From an uncultured Sphingomonas sp. (GTDB taxonomy: Bacteria > Pseudomonadota > Alphaproteobacteria > Sphingomonadales > Sphingomonadaceae), in contig CAZKCD010000001.1 in assembly GCA_964551235.1 (NCBI GenBank), forward strand, positions 15-64,014: a stretch of 64,000 nt of DNA, read 5' to 3'. The stretch's first letter is position 1, and the number at the start of each line of letters is the position of its first letter. Shown here one piece after another: positions 1 to 9,743 of the stretch. The notes beneath the pieces were generated by a model. That model saw only the letters and a list, made by a program, of their open reading frames with translations, had not been told where the DNA came from and made no database searches. The position numbers and the translations under genes were made by a program.

Positions 1-468
1 GTCGCCGGCCGCTCGGGCAGCGCCTTCGCGGCGCAGATCGGGACGATGAAGCTGACCGAGGAAATCGACGCGATGCGCACGATCGGCGTGTCGCCGGTCG
101 AGGCGCTGGTCGTGCCGCGCATGCTGGCGTCGGTGGTGATGATGCCGCTCCTGTCTTTCTACGCGATGATCATGGCGATCATCGGCGGCGGCATCTTCTG
201 CTGGATCAGCCTGGAAATCCCGCCGCTGACCTTCATTCAGCGCTTGCAGGAAGTCGTCCCGCTGACCGACCTGTGGGTCGGCCTCATCAAGGCGCCCGTG
301 TTCGGCTTCATCATCGCGCTGGTCGGCTGCTTTCAGGGCATGCTGGTCGAGGGCGACGCCGAGCAGGTTGGCCAGAAGACCACCGCGGCGGTGGTGCAGG
401 CCATCTTCCTGGTGATCGTGATCGACGCGGTTTTCGCGGTCTTCTTCAGCTCGGTGGGGTGGATTTGA
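1..468 (+). CDS. mlaE: MlaE family ABC transporter permease (5' truncated)
   Basis: Frame open from base 1 (VAGRSGSAFAAQIGTMK..EEIDAMRT.G..P...LVVPR; VG..TT.AVV), typical MlaE motifs. Confidence 0.9.
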   Translation, partial: VAGRSGSAFAAQIGTMKLTEEIDAMRTIGVSPVEALVVPRMLASVVMMPLLSFYAMIMAIIGGGIFCWISLEIPPLTFIQRLQEVVPLTDLWVGLIKAPVFGFIIALVGCFQGMLVEGDAEQVGQKTTAAVVQAIFLVIVIDAVFAVFFSSVGWI

Positions 469-1262
469 AGCATCTCGCCCCCATCCTTCCGGACAGCGAG
501 GCGGACGAGCGGATCATCGCGATCCGCGGGCTGCGCAACGCGTTTGGCGAGCAGGTCATCCACGAGAATCTCGACCTCGACGTGCGGCGCGGCGAGATCC
601 TCGGCGTGGTCGGCGGGTCGGGCACCGGCAAGTCGGTGCTGATGCGCTCGATCATCGGGCTGCAGACGCCCGACGAGGGCACGATCAGCGTGCTTGGCGA
701 GGACATGGTCGGCCGAGACGAGCTGGAGGCCAAGAACATCCGCCGGCGCTGGGGCATCCTGTTCCAGAACGGCGCGCTCTTCTCGACGCTGACCGTGGCC
801 GAGAACGTGCAGGTGCCGCTGCGCGAATATTTCCACCTCACCCCGCAGCTAATGGACGAGATCGCCAGCTACAAGATCGCGATGGCGGGCCTCCCCGCTG
901 ATGCCGGGCCGAAATATCCGGCGGAGCTGTCGGGCGGGATGGTCAAGCGCGCGGGGCTGGCCCGGGCGCTGGCGCTCGACCCCGACCTCCTCTTCCTCGA
1001 CGAGCCGACGGCGGGGCTCGACCCGATCGCGGCGCAGCGCTTCGACGAGCTGATCGTCTCGCTGCGCGACGAGCTCAACCTCACGGTGTTCCTGATCACC
1101 CACGATCTCGATACGCTTTACGCGATCTGCGACCGGGTGGCGGTGCTGGCCGACCGCAAGGTGGTGGCAGCCGGGACGATTGAACAATTGCTCGCTTTGG
1201 ACCATCCTTGGATTCAAGAATATTTTAACGGGCCCCGCGGACGTGCGGCGGCGGCGGCGTAG
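465..1262 (+). CDS. mlaF: ABC transporter ATP-binding protein (MlaF/Mkl)
   Basis: Walker A GGSGTGKS, signature LSGGM, Walker B LFLDEP; probable TTG start overlapping the mlaE stop (TTGA). Confidence 0.9.
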   Translation: MKHLAPILPDSEADERIIAIRGLRNAFGEQVIHENLDLDVRRGEILGVVGGSGTGKSVLMRSIIGLQTPDEGTISVLGEDMVGRDELEAKNIRRRWGILFQNGALFSTLTVAENVQVPLREYFHLTPQLMDEIASYKIAMAGLPADAGPKYPAELSGGMVKRAGLARALALDPDLLFLDEPTAGLDPIAAQRFDELIVSLRDELNLTVFLITHDLDTLYAICDRVAVLADRKVVAAGTIEQLLALDHPWIQEYFNGPRGRAAAAA

Positions 1263-1282
1263 AGGGGGCTAGCAGGCAGCCG

Positions 1283-2236
1283 ATGGAGACTCGCTCGAAC
1301 CATGTGCTGGTGGGCAGCGTCGTGCTGGCGCTGCTGGCGGGCCTGCTGCTGTTCATCGTCTGGCTGGCGGGCCTGTCGAATACGCAGAAGCAGTGCTTCG
1401 ACATCTATTTCCAGCAGGGCGTCGGCGGCCTCAACAAGGGCAGCAGCGTGACCTTCGCGGGCGTGCCCGTCGGGCAGATCACGCAAATCTCCCTCCTTCC
1501 CGACAAGCCCGAATTCGTCTGGGTGCGGATCGAGGTCAACGAGGAGACGCCGGTGCTGCAGGGCACCAGCGCGCAGATCAAGGGCGTCGGCTTCACCGGG
1601 GTCAGCGAAATCCAGCTCGACGGCGCGGTCAGCGGGGCGAAAAAGATGACGCAGGTCGGGCCGCAGGGCTGCCCCGTCATCCCGGCGACCTCCGGCGGGC
1701 TTGGCGCGCTGCTCAACAGCGCGCCGGAATTGCTCGACCGCATCCAGCGGCTGACCGAGCGACTGACCGAACTCTTGAGCGACAAGAACCAGAATGCGGT
1801 CAGCGACATCCTGGAGAATGTCGACACGACGACGCGCGTGCTGGCCGAGCGGGCGCCCGAGCTGGCCGACGCGATCGGCGACGCGCGGATCGCGGCGCGC
1901 AATGCGGGCATCGCGGCGCAGCGGGTCGGCGTGCTAGCGGATTCGACCAACAAGCTGGTCAACGAGCAGGGCCGCCCGGCGGCCGAGGATCTGCGCAAGG
2001 CGATCGCCTCGGTCCAGCGCGCGGCGGACAATCTCGACGCGGTGATCGCCGACGCGCGGCCGGGCGTGCAGAACCTGACCAAGAACACCATCCCCGAGGC
2101 GAACCGCCTGGTCCGCGACCTGCGCGACCTGTCCTCCTCGCTCAGCGATTTCTCGCAGCGGATGAACGAAAAGGGCGTCGGCGGCGTGCTCGGCGAACCC
2201 AAGCTCCCCGATTACAAGCCGAAGGACGGTCGATGA
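1283..2236 (+). CDS. mlaD: MlaD/MCE domain protein
   Basis: N-terminal TM helix, GL..GS.V.FAGVPVG MCE motif, helical C-terminus. Confidence 0.88.
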   Translation: METRSNHVLVGSVVLALLAGLLLFIVWLAGLSNTQKQCFDIYFQQGVGGLNKGSSVTFAGVPVGQITQISLLPDKPEFVWVRIEVNEETPVLQGTSAQIKGVGFTGVSEIQLDGAVSGAKKMTQVGPQGCPVIPATSGGLGALLNSAPELLDRIQRLTERLTELLSDKNQNAVSDILENVDTTTRVLAERAPELADAIGDARIAARNAGIAAQRVGVLADSTNKLVNEQGRPAAEDLRKAIASVQRAADNLDAVIADARPGVQNLTKNTIPEANRLVRDLRDLSSSLSDFSQRMNEKGVGGVLGEPKLPDYKPKDGR

Positions 2237-2817
2237 ACAACGTGATGCGTATGGCGACCGTGGCCGCGCTGGCCCTCGGCCTCGCCGGCTGCTTCGGCGG
2301 CAAGGCGCCCAAGAACCTCATCACCTTGTCGTCGACCGCGCCCGACCCGGGGCCGATCACGCGCAGCGCCAACGCGGGCGAGGCGGTGACGATCGAGGCG
2401 CCGGTGGTGGCCAAGGAAATCCGCACGACGCGCGTCGCGGCGCAGTCGGGGACGACCACGGTCGCCTACATCAAGGACCTGACGCTGGTCGACACGCCCG
2501 ACAAACTATTCAAGGACCTGGTCGCGGAAACGGTGCTGCGCACCACCAATCGCGTGGTGCTGGACCAGCGCCAGTCGAACCTCGATCCAGGCCTGGTCGT
2601 GACCGGCCGGCTGACCAATTTCGGCTATGAGGCGGGCGCGGGCAGCGTGCTCGTCCGCTACGACGCAGCGCTGGCGGCAAGCGGCGGCACCCGCGTCGAG
2701 ACCCGCCGCTTCGAAGCCCGAGTCCCCGCCGACGGCACCGCTGCGACGGTCGGCCCCGCCCTCAACGCGGCGGCAAACCAGGTGGCGGCGGACGTGGCGA
2801 AGTGGATCGGCGGCTAG
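2233..2817 (+). CDS. ABC-type transport auxiliary lipoprotein (PqiC-like)
   Basis: ATGA overlap with mlaD, lipobox LAGC, position typical of MCE operons. Confidence 0.8.
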   Translation: MNNVMRMATVAALALGLAGCFGGKAPKNLITLSSTAPDPGPITRSANAGEAVTIEAPVVAKEIRTTRVAAQSGTTTVAYIKDLTLVDTPDKLFKDLVAETVLRTTNRVVLDQRQSNLDPGLVVTGRLTNFGYEAGAGSVLVRYDAALAASGGTRVETRRFEARVPADGTAATVGPALNAAANQVAADVAKWIGG

Positions 2818-2829
2818 GGTCCGATTCCG

Positions 2830-3150
2830 GTGGGAACCGGCGCGACGCTCATCCTCATTCCGGTCTTTGCCTTCGCCATCCAGCTTTACATTGAAAAGAT
2901 TGCAAGCTTCTCGTCGCCCTCGACGAACGACGTAGATCGCGTTGCGGCAAGGCATGGCGCAATCGTCGCGACCTTCGTTCGGGCCATTCCGATTCTTCGC
3001 GTTGCCCTGCCCGCCATCATGGCTCTTGCCGGAATTTGCCTCGTCCTTTCGGGGAGCCCGATCCTCAAGGTAATCGCTGCGACGCTGATCGCAGCGGTCA
3101 TCATCGCGCTATCGATCGTCGTGAATTGGCGCTTTATCTGGAAGGCTTAG
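2830..3150 (+). CDS. hypothetical membrane protein
   Basis: 106 aa hydrophobic ORF filling the gap; more AT-rich than its neighbours. Confidence 0.5.
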   Translation: MGTGATLILIPVFAFAIQLYIEKIASFSSPSTNDVDRVAARHGAIVATFVRAIPILRVALPAIMALAGICLVLSGSPILKVIAATLIAAVIIALSIVVNWRFIWKA

Positions 3151-5714
3151 GCCAGCGACTTTGACGCCTGTTCGAACACGTCCTTGGACAGGCCGGGCGT
3201 GGCGACGATGCGTTCGAGCTCGGCTTTCATCAGCGCGGCGCGGGACGGTTCGTAGCGGCGCCAGCGGCCCAGGGGCGGGACCAGACGGGCGGCGACCTGC
3301 GGGTTGAGCGCGTCGGCCTCGATCGTGAAATCGGCCAGCATCGCGTAGCCGCGCCCGGAGGCGTCGTGGAAACGCCAGTGGTTGCTGGCGAGGCCGCCCG
3401 CCAACGCGCGCAGGCGGTTGGGGTTGCTCATCGTGAAGTCGGGATGGGCCTTCAGCGCCGCGACCGTATCCAGCGCGTCGGCGCGCGGGGCGGCGGCCTG
3501 CAACGCGAACCACTTGTCGATCACCAGCCCGTCGGCGCGGAAGCGGTTGTAGAAGTCGGCGAAGGCGGCGTCGCGTTCCGGGCCGTCGAGCACCGACAGC
3601 ACGGCCAGCGCGCCCTGCCGGTCGGACATGTTGTCCGCCGCGTCATATGGCGCCTTGGCGAGCGCCGCGCCGCGCGCGGGATCGCCCGCGGCGAGCAGCG
3701 CCAGCGCGACCGTCTTCAACCGGCGGACACCCTTGGCGGCGCTCGACAAATCGTCGCCCGCGGCGCCCTGGGACTGGGCGGCGGCGAGGTCGTGGGCGAG
3801 CGCGGTGCCGACCGCGCGGCGCAGCGCCTCGCGCCGATCGTGGATAAGGTCGGGGTCGACCACGTCGAAGCGGTCGGCGACGAGCGCCTCCGACGGCAGG
3901 GTCAACGCCTCAGCCTTGAAGGCCGGGTCGAGCGCGTTGGAGCGCAGGGTCGCGCCGAGTGCGTCGATCACCGGCTGGGCGTCCGTGCCGTCGACCAGCA
4001 CGCGATAGGCCAGTTCCTGGATCGCCTCGTAGCGGGCGAAGGGATCGTCGTCGCGGACCGCCAGCGCTTCCAATTCGCCATCGCGGCGATCGACCTTGAG
4101 GATGACGGGAGCGGAAAAGCCGCGGTTGATGGACAGCAGGGCGTCGGCGGGCGCGCCGTGGAAGCGGACGCTGTCCTGCGCCTTGTCGAGGATGATGAGG
4201 CGTTCCTCGCTTTCGCCGTCGCCGATCAGGCGGGTGCGCAGCGGGATGACCATCGGCTGCTTGGCGTCCTGCCCCGGCGTGGCGGGGACGGACTGCGTGA
4301 GGTGCAGGGTCGCGCCCGTTTCGTCCTGCTCCAGCCGGGCGGTGACGGTCGGCGTCCCGGCCTGCGAGTACCAGAGGGTGAAGTGGGTGAGGTCGCGGCC
4401 GCTGGCGTCCTCCATCGCCTTCACGAAATCGTCGCAGGTCGCCGCCTCGCCGTCGTGGCGCTCGAAATAGAGGTCCGTCGCTTTCCGGAACGTGTCCGCG
4501 CCCAGCAGCGTGTGCATCATGCGGATGACCTCCGCGCCCTTGTTGTAGATGGTCGCGGTGTAGAAATTGGCGATTTCCAGATAGGAATCGGGGCGCACCG
4601 GGTGGGCCAGCGGGCCGCCGTCCTCCGGGAATTGCGCGGCGCGGAGCAGGCGCACGTCGTCGATGCGCTTGACCGCGGCCGAGCCGATGTCGGCGGAAAA
4701 GCTCTGGTCGCGGAAGACGGTGAAACCTTCCTTGAGGCTGAGCTGGAACCAGTCGCGGCAGGTGACGCGGTTGCCCGACCAGTTGTGGAAATATTCGTGC
4801 GCGACGACGCCGGCGATGGCGTCGAAATCGGCGTCGGTCGCGGTTTCGGTATCGGCCAGCACGTAGCGCGAGTTGAAGATGTTGAGGCCCTTGTTCTCCA
4901 TCGCGCCGAAGTTGAAATCGGCGACCGCGACGATGTTGAATCGGTCGAGGTCATATTCGCGGCCGTAGACGCGTTCGTCCCACGCCATCGACTGCTTGAG
5001 GCTCTCCATCGCGTGACGGGTCTTGGGAAGGTCCGCCTCGCGCACCCAGATGCCGAGCTCGACCGTGCGGCCGCTCATGGTGGTGAAGGTGTTGCGCAGC
5101 GCCGCGAGATCGCCCGCGACCAGCGCGAACAAATAGGAGGGCTTGGGGAACGGGTCGTGCCATTCGGCCCAGTGGCGGCCGTCCTCGAGCTCGCCACCGT
5201 CGACCGGGTTGCCGTTCGCCAGCAGCACCGGGTAGCGCGCCTTGTCGGCGGTCATCTTCACCCGGTAGACCGACAGCACGTCGGGTCGGTCGGGGTGGAA
5301 GGTGATGCGGCGGAAGCCCTCGGCCTCGCACTGCGTGCACAGGATCCCGCCCGAGGCGTAGAGCCCCATGAGCTGGCTGTTCGCGGCCGGATCGATCCGC
5401 ACTTCGGTGGTGACGGTGGCGGTCGCTTGGGAGACCTCGACGATCAGATCGTCGCCCTCCATCGCCCAGCGCGCCGGCTGGCCGTCGACCAGCACGGTGA
5501 GCGGCTTCAGCCCGTCGCCGGCGAGGCGCAGCAGCCGGTCGTGGTCGCCGTTGCGCTCGACGAGCAGGTCGGCGCGGACGCTTGTGTCGTGCGCGTCGAG
5601 ATCGAGGTCGAGCGCAACCTCGCGCACCCACCAGTCGGGGGCGCGGTAATCCTTGCGGAAGGTGGCGACGTGGGCGGGCGAAGGCGGGGCTTCGGGATTG
5701 GTGCGGGCGTCCAT
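3147..5714 (-). CDS. pepN: aminopeptidase N (M1)
   Basis: GAMEN, HEYFH..LKEG, YNKG, NPNR and NPQVAARL motifs; start at MDARTNP. Confidence 0.97.
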   Translation of the reverse strand: MDARTNPEAPPSPAHVATFRKDYRAPDWWVREVALDLDLDAHDTSVRADLLVERNGDHDRLLRLAGDGLKPLTVLVDGQPARWAMEGDDLIVEVSQATATVTTEVRIDPAANSQLMGLYASGGILCTQCEAEGFRRITFHPDRPDVLSVYRVKMTADKARYPVLLANGNPVDGGELEDGRHWAEWHDPFPKPSYLFALVAGDLAALRNTFTTMSGRTVELGIWVREADLPKTRHAMESLKQSMAWDERVYGREYDLDRFNIVAVADFNFGAMENKGLNIFNSRYVLADTETATDADFDAIAGVVAHEYFHNWSGNRVTCRDWFQLSLKEGFTVFRDQSFSADIGSAAVKRIDDVRLLRAAQFPEDGGPLAHPVRPDSYLEIANFYTATIYNKGAEVIRMMHTLLGADTFRKATDLYFERHDGEAATCDDFVKAMEDASGRDLTHFTLWYSQAGTPTVTARLEQDETGATLHLTQSVPATPGQDAKQPMVIPLRTRLIGDGESEERLIILDKAQDSVRFHGAPADALLSINRGFSAPVILKVDRRDGELEALAVRDDDPFARYEAIQELAYRVLVDGTDAQPVIDALGATLRSNALDPAFKAEALTLPSEALVADRFDVVDPDLIHDRREALRRAVGTALAHDLAAAQSQGAAGDDLSSAAKGVRRLKTVALALLAAGDPARGAALAKAPYDAADNMSDRQGALAVLSVLDGPERDAAFADFYNRFRADGLVIDKWFALQAAAPRADALDTVAALKAHPDFTMSNPNRLRALAGGLASNHWRFHDASGRGYAMLADFTIEADALNPQVAARLVPPLGRWRRYEPSRAALMKAELERIVATPGLSKDVFEQASKSLA

Positions 5715-5805
5715 GGCACCCGAGCTAGGGAGCCGCGCGGCCCGGCGCAACGGCGGAGCGGGGCGATGGCGGCGAAAACAGCGCTTTTCATCGCGGGCGC
5801 CTTGC

Positions 5806-5825
5806 TGTATTACACGAACAATACA
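5806..5825. promoter_or_regulatory. palindromic operator TGTATT-N8-AATACA
   Basis: Perfect 6-bp inverted repeat directly before the M48 gene RBS; resembles GntR/YtrA-subfamily boxes. Confidence 0.55.
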
Positions 5826-5833
5826 CAAGGGGG

Positions 5834-7108
5834 ATGAGGATGAGCATCACGACCGCCTTGCTGGCCGCCGCCAGCGCCGCGCCGTTCGATCCGGACAGCG
5901 CGACCAGGGCCTATCTGGCGACCTTGCAGGGGGCCGCGCGGGCGCGGAGCGACGCCTATTTCGAGGGCGGCTACTGGCTCGGCCTGTGGGGCGCGGCGGT
6001 CGCGTTGCTCAGCTACTGGATCATGCTGCGCACCGGCTGGTCGGCGAAATGGAGCGCGTGGGCCTCAAGGGTGTCGAAATGGACCTGGCCGCGACCGGCG
6101 CTCTACTCGGTGCCCTTCGCGCTGGTGGGCACGCTGATCACCCTGCCCTGGGTGCTCTACACCGACTATTTCCGCGAACATCAGTATGGCATGTCGAACC
6201 AGAGCCTGGGCGAATGGCTCGGTGAATTCGGCATCCTGATCGGCGTCGACCTCGTCGCCGGGGCGATCTTCTTCGCGATTTTCTGGGCAGCGATCCGCAA
6301 GAGCCCGAAGCGCTGGTGGCTGTGGGGCGCGGGCGTGTTCGGCGCGCTGGTGGCGCTGGTCATCCTGGTCCAGCCGGTCTTCATCGAACCGCTGATCAAC
6401 AAGTACACGCCGATGAAGCCGGGGCCGGTGCGCGAGGAAATCCTGCGCATCGCGCACGAGCAGCAGATTCCGACCAACGACGTCTTCGTCGTCGACGCCT
6501 CGAAGCAGACCAAGCGCATTTCCGCCAACGTCGCGGGCATGGGGCCGACGGTGCGGATCGCGCTCAACGACAATTTGCTCAACCGCTCAAACATCCACGG
6601 CATCAAGGCCGTGATGGGCCACGAGATGGGGCATTATAAGCTGGGTCACATCTACAAGCTGCTGGCCTATCTGACGCTGCTGGCGCTGGCGGGTTTCGCC
6701 ATCGCCGCCTGGACCGCGCCGCGGGTACTGAAGCGCTATGGCGAGCGGTGGGGCGTGACCGAGGTGCGCGACCCGGCCAGCGCGCCAGTGCTGTTCGGGA
6801 TCCTGGCGATCCTCTCCGTCCCCGGCGGCATCATCTTCAACAGCATCATCCGTATCCACGAGAGCCAGGCCGACGCCTTCGGGCTCGAGGCGGCCCGGGA
6901 GCCGGACGGCTTCGCGATGACGGCGATGCAGTTGAGCGAGTATCGCAAGATCGAGCCGAGCGCGATCGAGGAGATCCTGTTCTACGACCATCCCTCGGGA
7001 CGGACGCGGGTCAAGATGGCGATGGACTGGAAGGCGGCCAATCTCGACAAGCTGCCCGCCGACCAGCGCGCGCCGATGGTGATGACCCCGCCCAAGGTCG
7101 CCGACTAG
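5834..7108 (+). CDS. M48 family (Ste24-like) membrane metallopeptidase
   Basis: Multiple TM helices, HEMGH zinc motif, ESQADAF, DHPS...R. Confidence 0.92.
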   Translation: MRMSITTALLAAASAAPFDPDSATRAYLATLQGAARARSDAYFEGGYWLGLWGAAVALLSYWIMLRTGWSAKWSAWASRVSKWTWPRPALYSVPFALVGTLITLPWVLYTDYFREHQYGMSNQSLGEWLGEFGILIGVDLVAGAIFFAIFWAAIRKSPKRWWLWGAGVFGALVALVILVQPVFIEPLINKYTPMKPGPVREEILRIAHEQQIPTNDVFVVDASKQTKRISANVAGMGPTVRIALNDNLLNRSNIHGIKAVMGHEMGHYKLGHIYKLLAYLTLLALAGFAIAAWTAPRVLKRYGERWGVTEVRDPASAPVLFGILAILSVPGGIIFNSIIRIHESQADAFGLEAAREPDGFAMTAMQLSEYRKIEPSAIEEILFYDHPSGRTRVKMAMDWKAANLDKLPADQRAPMVMTPPKVAD

Positions 7109-8034
7109 GCGGCGTCGGGGCTCGCTTCGGCGGGCGGTCGGGCGCGCGTCCACATCGCCAGCACCATGCCGCCGATGGCGAGCGCGGCGCCGGCGATGCT
7201 GAGCGGGGTCCATTGGAAGCCCTCGAAGGCGGTCGACAGCGCCATGGCGATGATCGGGACGATCGCGCTGGAATAGGCCGCCTTGCCCGGGCCGATGGTG
7301 CGCACCACCGGATAGTAGAGCGAGAAGCAGAGCACCGAGGCGGCCAGCGCCAGATAGGCGACGCCCAGCCAGTAGCCGGGGCGGGGTTCGAACACCGGCG
7401 GGCCGGTCAGCGCGAAGGCGATCACGACGTCGAGCGCCGCGCCGATCGCCATCGACCAGGCGAGCAGGCTGAACAGCGGCAGCTCGCGGACCTTGTCGCG
7501 TGCCTGGTAAACGTTCGAGACCGACGCGCCGAGCAGACCGACGACGGTCCAGCCGATGCCGATCGCCAGCGTCGAGCCGCTGACGTCCGGGTTGGCGCGC
7601 AATTCGTGAAGGAAGAGCAGGCCGATGCCGCTCGCCGCGACCGCGCTGGCGCCGAGGAAGCGCGCGTCGGGCTTATGGCCGAGCATCGCCCAGGCGAGAA
7701 TGGCGTTGGGCACCATCAGGAGGGCGAACACCGTCGCGACGAGGCCGGACGTGATGTAATGTTCGGCCATGTAGACGGCGTTGAAGTTGATCGTGAACTG
7801 CGCGATCCCGACGATCGCGGCGGCCCCCAGCAACGGGCGCGAGGGAGCCAGCCGGTCGCCGTTCCACTTCGCCACCGCGAACATCGCCGCCGCCGCCAGC
7901 AGGAACCGGTAGGACACCGACCATTGGGCGGGCACGGTGCCGAGCTGGTCGCGGATGACGATCCAGGTCGAGCCCCAGATGAGCGTGAAGATGGCGAAGG
8001 GCACGACCACGGCGCGCCACGCGGGGCGGGTCAT
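7105..8034 (-). CDS. EamA/DMT family transporter
   Basis: IWGSTW motif, about 10 TM helices; ATGA overlap with the upstream aldolase. Confidence 0.9.
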   Translation of the reverse strand: MTRPAWRAVVVPFAIFTLIWGSTWIVIRDQLGTVPAQWSVSYRFLLAAAAMFAVAKWNGDRLAPSRPLLGAAAIVGIAQFTINFNAVYMAEHYITSGLVATVFALLMVPNAILAWAMLGHKPDARFLGASAVAASGIGLLFLHELRANPDVSGSTLAIGIGWTVVGLLGASVSNVYQARDKVRELPLFSLLAWSMAIGAALDVVIAFALTGPPVFEPRPGYWLGVAYLALAASVLCFSLYYPVVRTIGPGKAAYSSAIVPIIAMALSTAFEGFQWTPLSIAGAALAIGGMVLAMWTRARPPAEASPDAA

Positions 8035-9044
8035 AGGGTGCGGATGGCGGCGGCGAGCTTGGCGACGGCGTCCATGTCCTGGTCCCAGCTGGTAACGAGA
8101 CGGACCTCGCCCGGCGCCCAATCGTAGAAGTCAAACCCCTGCGCGCGCAGCGCCGCCGCCTCGGCCGGGGTCATGCGCACGAACAGCTCGTTCGCCTCGA
8201 CCGGGTGGACCAGCCGCTCCGGCCCGCACGCCTCGGCAAGCGCGGTGGCCGAGGCATTGGCGGCGCGGGCGTTGTCGAGCCAGATGTCGTTATCGAGCAT
8301 CGCGAGGATCTGCGCGGCGGCGTAGCGGCCCTTGCTCATCAAATGGCCGGCGCGCTTGCGCATCCGGCGGACGGGATCGGCCAGCCCGGGCCTGAAGAGA
8401 ATCAGCGCCTCGGCGTTCATCCCGCCATTCTTGACGAACCCGAAGCTCAGGGCGTCCACCCCCGCGCGCCACGTGAGGTCGGCCGGCGAGGCCCCCGTCC
8501 CCACGACCGCGTTGGCGAAGCGCGCGCCGTCGAGGTGGAAGCCGAGCCCGCGCGCCTTGCAGAAGTCGCCCAGCGCCGCGGTCTCATGCGGCGAATAGGT
8601 CAGCCCATATTCGGTGGCGTTGGTGATCGACAGCGCGTGCGGCTGGACCTGGTGGACGTCGGCGCGAATCCGGTCGCAGGCGTCCGTTGCCGCCGCGACC
8701 GTGACCTTGGCGCCCGGGCCGTCGACGAGCATCAGCTTGGCGCCGTGGGTGAAGAAACCGGGGGCGCCAGCCTCGTCATTCTCGATATGCGCGTCGCGGT
8801 GACACAGAATGGCGCCGGTCGGCGGGCAAAGCGCGGCGAGCGCCAGGCAATTGGCGGCGGTGCCGGTGGTCACCCACAGCGCCTCGACCTCGATCTCGAA
8901 CAGGTCGGAAAAAGCGGCGTCGAGCCGCTTGCTCCACGCGTCGCCGTCGTAGGCGGTGTCGAGCCGGTTGGCGTCGGCCAGCGCGGCGAGGACCGCGGGG
9001 TGGGCGGCGGCGGCATTGTCGGAGAAGAAGCGCATCGCCGTCAT
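8031..9044 (-). CDS. low-specificity L-threonine aldolase
   Basis: F.SDN, TGTAAN, HLDGARFANA and SFG..KNG PLP motifs. Confidence 0.92.
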   Translation of the reverse strand: MTAMRFFSDNAAAAHPAVLAALADANRLDTAYDGDAWSKRLDAAFSDLFEIEVEALWVTTGTAANCLALAALCPPTGAILCHRDAHIENDEAGAPGFFTHGAKLMLVDGPGAKVTVAAATDACDRIRADVHQVQPHALSITNATEYGLTYSPHETAALGDFCKARGLGFHLDGARFANAVVGTGASPADLTWRAGVDALSFGFVKNGGMNAEALILFRPGLADPVRRMRKRAGHLMSKGRYAAAQILAMLDNDIWLDNARAANASATALAEACGPERLVHPVEANELFVRMTPAEAAALRAQGFDFYDWAPGEVRLVTSWDQDMDAVAKLAAAIRTL

Positions 9045-9088
9045 CGCATAGGCGAACCGGGCGCCTCGTCAATCGGCCCGCATACGCA

Positions 9089-9123
9089 AATGAGGCCGCG
9101 ACGGTTTCCCGCGCGACCTCATT
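9089..9123 (-). terminator. probable terminator hairpin downstream of pilin
   Basis: AATGAGG..CGCG...CGCG.CCTCATT imperfect inverted repeat just after the pilin stop. Confidence 0.5.
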
Positions 9124-9142
9124 GTAAGCAGTACTCGTTCGC

Positions 9143-9301
9143 TTAGAGCTTGTTCGACACGTTGTTGAACGTGTTGCCAAGCTGCGAACCGATGCTGGTC
9201 ATCGCGGTGATGGCGGCGACGGCGATGAGCGCGGCAATCAGGCCGTATTCAATCGCGGTGGCGCCTTCATCGTTGCGCAGCAGGTTCATCAAACGGCGCA
9301 T
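9143..9301 (-). CDS. Flp family type IVb pilin (52 aa, not in ORF track)
   Basis: MRRLMNLLRNDEG|ATAIEYGLIAALIAVAAITAMTSIGSQLGNTFNNVSNKL; prepilin G|xxxxEY motif; AAGGAAGGA RBS. Confidence 0.95.
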   Translation of the reverse strand: MRRLMNLLRNDEGATAIEYGLIAALIAVAAITAMTSIGSQLGNTFNNVSNKL

Positions 9302-9447
9302 GGTCCGGTTCCTTCCTTGTGGAAGCCAGACAATGGGCTCAAATGGTTAACGAAGTGTCTCCACGCCGGACGAAAGTTCGGGGGGACGAATCCGGGGCGT
9401 TTGGGGTTTTTCCGGCGCCAGTCCGCCGGACTGGCGTTGCGGGAAAA

Positions 9448-9522
<75 letters not shown>

Positions 9523-9614
9523 ATGATGTCGGAAAGACGGGCGGGCCTATGGCCGACGCATGGCCCCCCGTCAAGCGACTTGCGCGCGCTTTTCGCGAGG
9601 GCTAGCCCGCCCCC

Positions 9615-9743
9615 ATGGGACAGCGCGACAAGGAACGCGAGGAACGGCTGGCCGCGGCGCTGCGCGAAAACCTGCGCCGCCGGAAGGCGCAGGCGCGCGA
9701 TGGCGATCAGAAAAACGACGCGACGAAGGACGCGGCGGAATAG
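9615..9743 (+). CDS. small hypothetical protein (42 aa, not in ORF track)
   Basis: MGQRDKEREERLAAALRENLRRRKAQARDG...; resembles the small basic ORF I recall next to tRNA-Thr in alphaproteobacteria. Confidence 0.65.
   Translation: MGQRDKEREERLAAALRENLRRRKAQARDGDQKNDATKDAAE

Noticed and set aside
3366..5837. Very long antisense or alternate-frame ORFs (e.g. 3366-5837, 9945-11747, 11744-14029, 22185-24542, 24826-27339, 55580-57619)
   Set aside because: Shadows of real genes in high-GC DNA; Arg/Ala/Gly-rich with no family motifs
9416..9436. Hairpin CGCCAGTCC-GCC-GGACTGGCG downstream of tRNA-Thr as an att site or mobile-element end
   Set aside because: No duplicated tRNA 3' end or integrase seen; more simply a processing or termination hairpin
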